Below are positions 39,176-64,000 of a stretch of DNA of 64,000 nt, piece after piece; within the stretch, counting starts at the first letter, position 1, and each line of letters starts with the position of its first letter. Below the pieces are notes generated by a model that saw only the letters and a program-made list of their open reading frames with translations, had not been told where the DNA came from and did not search any database. The stretch spans positions 62,001 to 126,000 of the forward strand of contig JAQGDQ010000323.1 in the NCBI GenBank assembly GCA_030141605.1, written 5' to 3'. Position numbers and translations under genes: made by a program. The stretch is from Tubiluchus corallicola (taxonomy: Eukaryota > Animalia > Priapulida).

Positions 39176-39504
39176 AATTCTCTTCCACTTTTCTTCTGCA
39201 TAGAAGTTCAGAATGGCGCCACATCCTGGCAGCATCTTTGATGATAAGTTCATTTTGCATCAAAAACTACTAGGACAAGCAGCCAAATTTAGCAAATGTA
39301 TGACCTTATTTTGCACTAGCAAAGTTATTGCAAAACTGTTTTAACATTCAACACTATGAGTTTAACTTCCTTCCAAGAAAAAGTTTCAGTGCCATAGAAC
39401 TATCGTGATCATAACCCGGTTTTATATTTGCAACGTAAAATCAATTTTTTTAGCATTTTTTAAAAAATCTCCAGATCTATTTTTTCATAGGGTTGAGAGG
39501 TCTG

Positions 39505-39760
39505 CAGGGTGAATGGTTCAGCGGTCTCGATGTAGCACAGGCAACCGAAGTTAAGAATGGCGCGGATCCTGGTTAGTCAGTGGATCGGCGTACCTCTTCG
39601 ATTCTCATTCCTGGTGGTTTCATTTGCCGTGCTGATTATGGCTGTTCACCTCATATGCATTCTCGTATAAATGAGGCTAAGACACCACTGTTGGTTCAGT
39701 GACTCATCCTACGGGGAGGGGGGCATGCCCTTAATAATACCTTGTGTCAAATAAAATGAA
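39505..39760 (+). mobile_element. 5S-rRNA-derived SINE relic (SINE3-like)
   Basis: ACCGAAGTTAAG...CCTGGTTAGTCAGTGGATCGGCGTACC (39544-39594) resembles the 5S internal control region. Degenerate relatives lie at ~2265-2315, ~7290-7342 and ~51815-51865. Confidence 0.5.
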
Positions 39761-39843
39761 CTTGTAACTTTAATAACAAATACTGACTTAACTTTAGTAA
39801 ACTATTTCACTCAACAGTCTTATGTGTTTCAAAGCGTAAAGAC

Positions 39844-63194
<23,351 letters not shown>

Positions 63195-64000
63195 CTAAAA
63201 GCGTTAAATCAAAGTTTACGAAAACATATCTGCTACACAGTAATATAGTTGATTTTCTAATAACACAACCAGATTTAGCAAGTTATTTAGTTTTCAATGT
63301 TTGATACACATACACTCGCCTGGACAAATTCAGTTTTGTCAAATTGTCAAGAAAATGACCCAAAATTTCTTATGCAAAATTCTATGACAACCGAACAGGT
63401 GTAAGAAGTATATTCTTAGACCTTGCAAAATACAAACTACAAATATAAGATTTTGAAAATAAAAGAAAAGCTTATATTAGCTGCAACATTGTATGAAAAT
63501 GCTTGTTTAAAAGTTTAAGAAAATTAAACTTGAAATTTAAACTGACCATTGCTTACAGCCATTTTAACGGTAAGTCGTTTGACGCAAGTTTAGATAACAC
63601 TGTGTAAAGTCCAACAAATAATAATCAGAACATTCGTAGCACACTCTTCACTAACTAAGCAAAAGTCAAAATTACTTTTTAATGTCAATAAGATCAATAA
63701 TGTGTTTTTGGTTGAGCCAGTTAAGTTTTTTATGATAAGGCTTTTTGGTGCGCACTTGGTTATGAAACAATCACGTTTTACTAGGCGTTGCAAACATTTC
63801 AAATTATTAAGAATTTTCTTTTTCACTTACATAAGTCTTTCTAACAGGTAAGCATAATGCTTAGTAATATAATTTTGCATGTTTTATGGACATGAAGTTT
63901 TTTGAGACATACTTTAGAATCCGTTTTCTTCCCCTTTAGTCCCACAAAATCTTCAGCAGTGGCATGGTTTAAACAGAGCAGCATGACAGTAGTGTTGTAC

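Overview
AT-rich eukaryotic (invertebrate metazoan) genomic DNA with spliced GT-AG genes and dense transposon debris. It is not prokaryotic and has no CRISPR or rRNA operon. I reconstructed five genes exon by exon. (1) First coding exon of a PITPNM/RdgB-alpha gene (-, 7949-8026), missed by the ORF track. (2) A multi-C2H2 zinc-finger gene (-, 15478-20114+) with a duplicated finger triplet and an Ikaros/Hunchback/TRPS1-type C-terminal finger pair. (3) Complete MED31 (-, 4 exons). (4) Complete LIN7 (+, 5 exons), head-to-head with MED31. (5) The 3' ~15 coding exons of HEATR6 (-), convergent with LIN7. Mobile DNA includes a near-full-length two-ORF non-LTR retrotransposon embedded in a (GA)n microsatellite, a young RTE nested in an older antisense RTE (14-bp TSD), CR1/L2 fragments, TTAA-flanked Kolobok-like MITE families (nested), hAT- and pogo-like MITEs, and 5S- and tRNA-derived SINE relics. 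Three foldback elements carry minimal hammerhead-ribozyme-like cores on their arms. All family assignments rest on recalled motifs, not database searches.
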